A DNA stretch of 64,000 nucleotides. Origin: Dehalococcoidia bacterium. GTDB taxonomy: Bacteria > Chloroflexota > Dehalococcoidia > Bin125. How positions within the stretch are numbered: position 1 is the stretch's first letter; every line of letters begins with the position of its first letter. The stretch covers positions 1,613,844-1,677,843 of the forward strand of contig OZ244861.1 in NCBI GenBank assembly GCA_965221065.1. The letters run 5' to 3'. The position numbers were made by a program, and so were the translations under genes. Positions 59,758-64,000 of the stretch are shown piece by piece. The notes under the pieces are model-generated. The model made no database searches and was not told where the DNA came from. It saw nothing but the letters and a program-made list of their open reading frames with translations.

Positions 59758-60825
59758 ATGGTGACCGCTGACAAGCTGGACGAACTGCAACTTGAGCCGG
59801 AGGTTCCGGAGCTTGACCTCTCCTGGCTGAACCTGGACACGGAGTGGGGCGTCTCGGCTGAACCTGGGCGCAAGGGTCTGACCCTGCAGCAGATCAACAA
59901 GACGCTGTACGGCGACATTCCGGCGACCTCCGAAGACAGTTCGGCGCGACCGCGCGGGGCGGCTCCGCCCGATGGGGCGACCCCGCGGATGACGCCGTGG
60001 GTGCTCGGCGAGGCCACGGAGACCTTCTCCGAGTCGGCCGGGCTGCTCTACGACGAGGCCGTTTCGCGCCAGTGGTCGTCGGCAACCGACATCCCCTGGG
60101 ACACGCTGGACGAGCTGCCCGAGGACATCGAGCGCGCCATGGCGCAGCTCTGCACCTCGCTGACTGAGGTCGAGTTCATCGCAGGCGACGTGCCGGGCAA
60201 GTGGCTACCGAGAATCGCGGCCGACCACTTCGAGTCCGGCCTGTTCCTGATGTCGCAGGTGATGGATGAAGCGCGTCACACCGACGTCTTCCGCAAGCGC
60301 GCGCTGGCCAACGGCGGCGGCCTGCTGCTGCAGGGCGGCGGTGGCGGTCTGCGCCAGATCCTCGAAGCCGAGGACTTCACGCAGATGTCCTCGATGCTGC
60401 ACATCCTGGGCGAGGGCTTCGTCCAGTCGCTGTTCCGCCTGGGTGAGCTGATTGCGCACAACGAGGCCGAGAAGAGGATCTTCCGCCTGGCCGCACAGGA
60501 CGAGTCGCGGCACGTGGCGTTCGGCGTGACGCACCTCAAGTACACGCTGGACAACGAACCGGACAAGGCCGAGGAAGTCCACTGGACGCTCGACATGTTC
60601 GAAAACACGATCGTTGACCCGGACCAGGCCAACCCCGGCCTCGCCGGCGCGCTGATCTACCTGCTTGGCGACGGCGACGTCGACGAGGGCTGGCGGCTGT
60701 TCTGGCACGTGCGGCGCAAGCAGGTGCTCGAGTATCTGCACCGGCTCGACGTGGCCGGACTCGGCGGCCGGCTCGAGAGCGGCCGGTTGCACTCGGCCCT
60801 GGTGGGCGCGCTCGACGAGAACTAG
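59758..60825 (+). CDS. ferritin-like di-iron-carboxylate protein (AurF/oxygenase-like superfamily?)
   Basis: GAGGAG RBS; two E...ExxH pairs (FESG...DEARH; NEAE...DESRH). Confidence 0.55.
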   Translation: MVTADKLDELQLEPEVPELDLSWLNLDTEWGVSAEPGRKGLTLQQINKTLYGDIPATSEDSSARPRGAAPPDGATPRMTPWVLGEATETFSESAGLLYDEAVSRQWSSATDIPWDTLDELPEDIERAMAQLCTSLTEVEFIAGDVPGKWLPRIAADHFESGLFLMSQVMDEARHTDVFRKRALANGGGLLLQGGGGGLRQILEAEDFTQMSSMLHILGEGFVQSLFRLGELIAHNEAEKRIFRLAAQDESRHVAFGVTHLKYTLDNEPDKAEEVHWTLDMFENTIVDPDQANPGLAGALIYLLGDGDVDEGWRLFWHVRRKQVLEYLHRLDVAGLGGRLESGRLHSALVGALDEN

Positions 60826-60897
60826 GACCAGTCATCGGAGTTCGCAAGCGGCGCGGGTTGACGCCCGCGCCGCTTTTGTCTGCGGAGGAGAACCGAC

Positions 60898-61992
60898 ATG
60901 CCTGAGAACGACGTCGTCGCTGCGGCCAAGGAGCGACTGGAAGAGTCCGGTTTGCCATCGGACTGGCTCGACACGCCGGTGCATTGGGGGGTCAAGGCGA
61001 AGGAACAGGCGACGCCGGAGAACGGCGGCTTGCGCTTTGAGTACCTCAACGTCGATGTCTACGGAGAAGTGCCGGAGTACTGGGAGAACAACACCGAGAT
61101 CCCGCGCGGCGCGATTCCCGACACACGCACCGAGCAGATGGGCTACTCGATCTTCAACAAGTCGGAAGTCTGGTCGGATCTCTGCGCCGGGCTGTACGAG
61201 GACGCCATCGCCGATCGCTGGAACTCGTCGGCCGACATCCCCTGGGACACGCTGGCGCCGATTGGCTCAGACCTGGAGCGTGCGGTCTGTCAGATCGCGA
61301 CGCTGATGTCGGAATACGGCTGGACCAAGGCGCAAACCACCGGTCGCTGGCTGCAGGAAATCTCGTACGGCTACATCGAGGTCAAGCTGTTCCTGGGCAC
61401 GGTGGTGTTCGACGGCGCGCGCCTCTACGAGGTCTGGCGCAAGCGGGCCCTGGCCAACGGCGGGGGCCTGGGTCGGGGCGGCCGCAACTGGAAGTTCCTG
61501 CCGCTGACACAGTCATACACATTCAGCGAGTTTTGTGTCGCGTCGATCATGCACGACGCCATGCTGATCGGGCTGCTGCGCCGCGGCGAGCAACTGGCCC
61601 AGACCGACGCGGAGCGCACGATTTACGAGCTCTGCCAGAAGGACATCGAGCGACACCTGGCGTACTTCGTCGATCACATGCGTTACCTGATGCTCAGGGA
61701 GCCCGTTCGGCGCGAGGAGATCCATCGCTACCTGAACAAGGCGGAGTGGTACCTGGCCAAAGACGGCGACGACACGCTGTACAGCGCGCTCGCCGTGATC
61801 ATGGGCGACGGGCGCGAGGGCGCCGAAGAGGCGATGGCGGACGTGGCCGAGCTGCGACGCGAACAGGTCGAGACTTATCTCGGTTACCTGCGCCAATGCC
61901 ACCTCGGGGATCGTGATGATCGGTTGAACGAGGAACTTCGCAAGTGGGCCGGGATCATGCCGGCGGAAGAGGTCGAGAAGATCCCGGTCTAG
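60898..61992 (+). CDS. ferritin-like paralog of the preceding gene with partly degenerate metal site
   Basis: Shared DIPWDTL and KRALANGGGL motifs; first ExxH replaced (ARLYEV), second retained (DIERH). Confidence 0.5.
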   Translation: MPENDVVAAAKERLEESGLPSDWLDTPVHWGVKAKEQATPENGGLRFEYLNVDVYGEVPEYWENNTEIPRGAIPDTRTEQMGYSIFNKSEVWSDLCAGLYEDAIADRWNSSADIPWDTLAPIGSDLERAVCQIATLMSEYGWTKAQTTGRWLQEISYGYIEVKLFLGTVVFDGARLYEVWRKRALANGGGLGRGGRNWKFLPLTQSYTFSEFCVASIMHDAMLIGLLRRGEQLAQTDAERTIYELCQKDIERHLAYFVDHMRYLMLREPVRREEIHRYLNKAEWYLAKDGDDTLYSALAVIMGDGREGAEEAMADVAELRREQVETYLGYLRQCHLGDRDDRLNEELRKWAGIMPAEEVEKIPV

Positions 61993-62049
61993 CCGCGCTT
62001 TCGCGCGAGCTAGCGAGGGCGACGGCAAGGGTCGCCCCTACAGGGCCTG

Positions 62050-63000
62050 CTAGGCCAGGCAGCGCAGGGGTTGGCCGCCGTTGAACTCGATCATCTGACC
62101 GAACGCTGTGGCCATGTCGATCTCGGCTCCCCATTCCTCGCCCCGGAGCTCGCTGTAGGCGCGGTGCAGGTTACCGACGATTCGCTCTGCGTCCGTCCAT
62201 TCGCCGAAGCGCCCGAGGTCGAGGTCTCGGGCAGCCCGAAGTGGATCGACTCTGGCGTCGGATGCGGCCTTGGCGGAGTCCTGGACGAACTCCAGGTAGG
62301 CGTCGACATCGTCGAGGACGGAGGCGTCGGCGACCGGGCCGTGGCCGGCGATGACCGTCTCGATCGGGAGCTGCTTGAGGCGTTCGAGCGCTGACCGCCA
62401 GCCGGCGACCGAGCCCATCAGCGCGAACGGGGTGCCCTGGTTGAAGATGATGTCGCCGGCGATCAAGAGCCGGCGCTCGGGAATCCAGACGACGGCATCG
62501 GTCATGGTGTGCGCGGGCGAAACGTAGATCAACTGCAGCTCGAGGTCACCGGCGTAGAGGGTCATCGTGTCGTCGAAGACGACGTTTGGGGCGACGGGTG
62601 TGACCTCACCCCACTCGACCGTCGGGAACATCACAGACACTCGCTCGCGCTGATTGGGAGCGTCGCGCAGGATGTCGTTACGGCAGTTTCGATGTCCGAT
62701 GATCACTGCATCGTCGGCGAACAGGCAGTTGCCGTAGGTGTGATCCATGTGCGAATGAGTGTTGACCAGGGTCCGCACGGGATTGCTGGAGACCTCGGCG
62801 ATCGCCTCGCGGAAGAGTCTGGTGCGGCGCTCGTTGGCGCAGGCGTCGATGGCCACTACCTGGTCGCCGACGTCGATGAAGGCCGGATTGTTCAGGCACC
62901 AGGATCCGTCGTGTTGGATGTAGGCGTAGATGCCGGCGGAGACTTCGACCACTTCAGGATCGGGGAGGATATCGCTGGCGGAAGTGTGTTCTGTGCTCAC
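62050..63000 (-). CDS. MBL-fold metallo-hydrolase
   Basis: THSHMDH motif; GTG 63000 after GAGAGAG (alternative GTG 63045). Confidence 0.75.
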   Translation of the reverse strand: MSTEHTSASDILPDPEVVEVSAGIYAYIQHDGSWCLNNPAFIDVGDQVVAIDACANERRTRLFREAIAEVSSNPVRTLVNTHSHMDHTYGNCLFADDAVIIGHRNCRNDILRDAPNQRERVSVMFPTVEWGEVTPVAPNVVFDDTMTLYAGDLELQLIYVSPAHTMTDAVVWIPERRLLIAGDIIFNQGTPFALMGSVAGWRSALERLKQLPIETVIAGHGPVADASVLDDVDAYLEFVQDSAKAASDARVDPLRAARDLDLGRFGEWTDAERIVGNLHRAYSELRGEEWGAEIDMATAFGQMIEFNGGQPLRCLA

Positions 63001-63039
63001 GTGCCTATGCTCTCTCTCGTGCCTCTCTAGTCTGCAGGC

Positions 63040-63096
63040 CCTCACTCCCCGCCTTCGCGGGGGCAGGCTCTAGCCCTCTCCCACGGGGAGAGGGGA
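63040..63096. repeat. GC hairpin repeat element (inverse-orientation member of the CCCTCTCC...GGAGAGGG-GGGTGAGGG family, with nested cccccgcgaaggcgggg hairpin)
   Basis: Compare with 2061-2100, 31966-32010, 40141-40278. Confidence 0.5.
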
Positions 63097-63103
63097 CAGC
63101 GGT

Positions 63104-63925
63104 TTAGTCGTTGGCGAAGAACTCGAAGTCGTCCATGATGCGCTGGTAGCGGCGCTCGACGTGGGGGCGGAGCTCGGGGTGGGAGAAGATCAGCCAGCGG
63201 TTGGCTTTGACGCCTTTGACCACGATGCGACCGACGTCTTCCGGGTCCATCTGTTGCGACATCGCGCCGGGGCTGAAGCCTCGTGCGGCGCCATCACTCG
63301 GGCCGCCGAACTGGTCTGGACGATTCCGGCCGGCCTCGCCGATCAGGGTGTCGACGCCGCCGGGGCAGAGTGCGGAAACGCCGATGCCCTCGGCCGCCAA
63401 CTCGTCTCGCAGAGACTCCGAGTAGGCGAAGGCGGCGTGCTTGCTGGCGCTGTACACGCCGAGTGGGATGACCTCGTTGAGCCGCAACCCGGCCATCGAG
63501 ACTGTGTTCACGATGTGCGCCTCTCCGTCCTGCGCTCGCATGCGCGGGAGGAAGGTCTGGACGCCGTTTACGATGCCGTACATGTTGACCGAGAAGGTCC
63601 AGTCCCAATCAGCCTGGGTCGCCTCGCTGACGACTCCGCCGGTCAGGACGCCGGCGTTGTTGACGAGCAGGTTGAGCTCGCCGAATTCGGCGTAGACCTG
63701 CTCGGCCAGCCATTCGTAGCCAACGGTGTCGGTGACGTCGAGGTCGACGGGCAGCGCCTGGACCTCCTTCGCTTCGACCTCTGTCGCTACCGCTTGCGCG
63801 GTGCCCTCCTGGACATCGGCGAGGATGACGTGCATCCCCTCATCGGCGCAGGCGAGTGCGATACCCCGTCCGATCCCGGAACCGGCACCGGTTATCAGCG
63901 CCACTTTGCCGCTCAGTTTGTCCAT
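63104..63925 (-). CDS. SDR-family oxidoreductase
   Basis: TGAGSGIG cofactor motif, YxxxK (YSASK); AGGGAGG RBS. Confidence 0.85.
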   Translation of the reverse strand: MDKLSGKVALITGAGSGIGRGIALACADEGMHVILADVQEGTAQAVATEVEAKEVQALPVDLDVTDTVGYEWLAEQVYAEFGELNLLVNNAGVLTGGVVSEATQADWDWTFSVNMYGIVNGVQTFLPRMRAQDGEAHIVNTVSMAGLRLNEVIPLGVYSASKHAAFAYSESLRDELAAEGIGVSALCPGGVDTLIGEAGRNRPDQFGGPSDGAARGFSPGAMSQQMDPEDVGRIVVKGVKANRWLIFSHPELRPHVERRYQRIMDDFEFFAND

Positions 63926-64000
63926 CGGGCGCCTCCCTTTTGCTCGTGACTGATTGAGCAGAGGCTAGCGTTACCCTCTCTGCGATGACGACCGAGACGA

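Overview
This 64-kb window is high-GC (about 68%) bacterial chromosomal DNA. Gene content (LPXTG sortase substrate, F420-type LLM oxidoreductase, PhoPR, DinB-like proteins, many CoA-transferase III genes) is consistent with an actinobacterial- or Chloroflexota-like genome. No rRNA, tRNA or CRISPR array is supported. The backbone is metabolic: three family-III CoA-transferases, several amidohydrolases, a Rieske non-heme-iron oxygenase, Gfo/Idh/MocA, PhyH, SDR, LLM, enoyl-CoA hydratase, alpha/beta hydrolases and a threonine aldolase operon. Transport genes include an MFS DHA2 exporter, an APC-superfamily permease, a fused CydDC-like ABC exporter, an orphan SBP-5 and two orphan MacB-type ATPases. 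A complete phosphate regulon is present on the minus strand (phoP-phoR-pstS-pstC-pstA-pstB-phoU). Between these are accessory, lower-GC segments: (i) a toxin-antitoxin island (vapBC, a 3-gene antitoxin-VapC-DUF2283 operon, an orphan hypothetical gene, a decayed DNA-methyltransferase remnant); (ii) a 1.3-kb island at about 50% GC carrying an MntA-like minimal nucleotidyltransferase followed by a TIR-domain protein, the best candidate for an undescribed defence/TA module; (iii) a translationally coupled small-protein + retropepsin-like aspartic protease pair beside an orphan terminase small/large subunit pair; (iv) a complex array of about 230-bp direct repeats with an internal 21-bp minisatellite and GC hairpins that encloses a low-GC GIY-YIG nuclease gene, with further copies of the same repeat family elsewhere. 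Other notable items are a sortase-anchored TIMP/NTR-like protein, a possible DarT/ART-like orphan, a PstS made of two near-identical fused PBP domains, a nonsense-disrupted DUF4160 gene in a DUF4160-DUF2442 pair, and paired ferritin-like di-iron paralogs.
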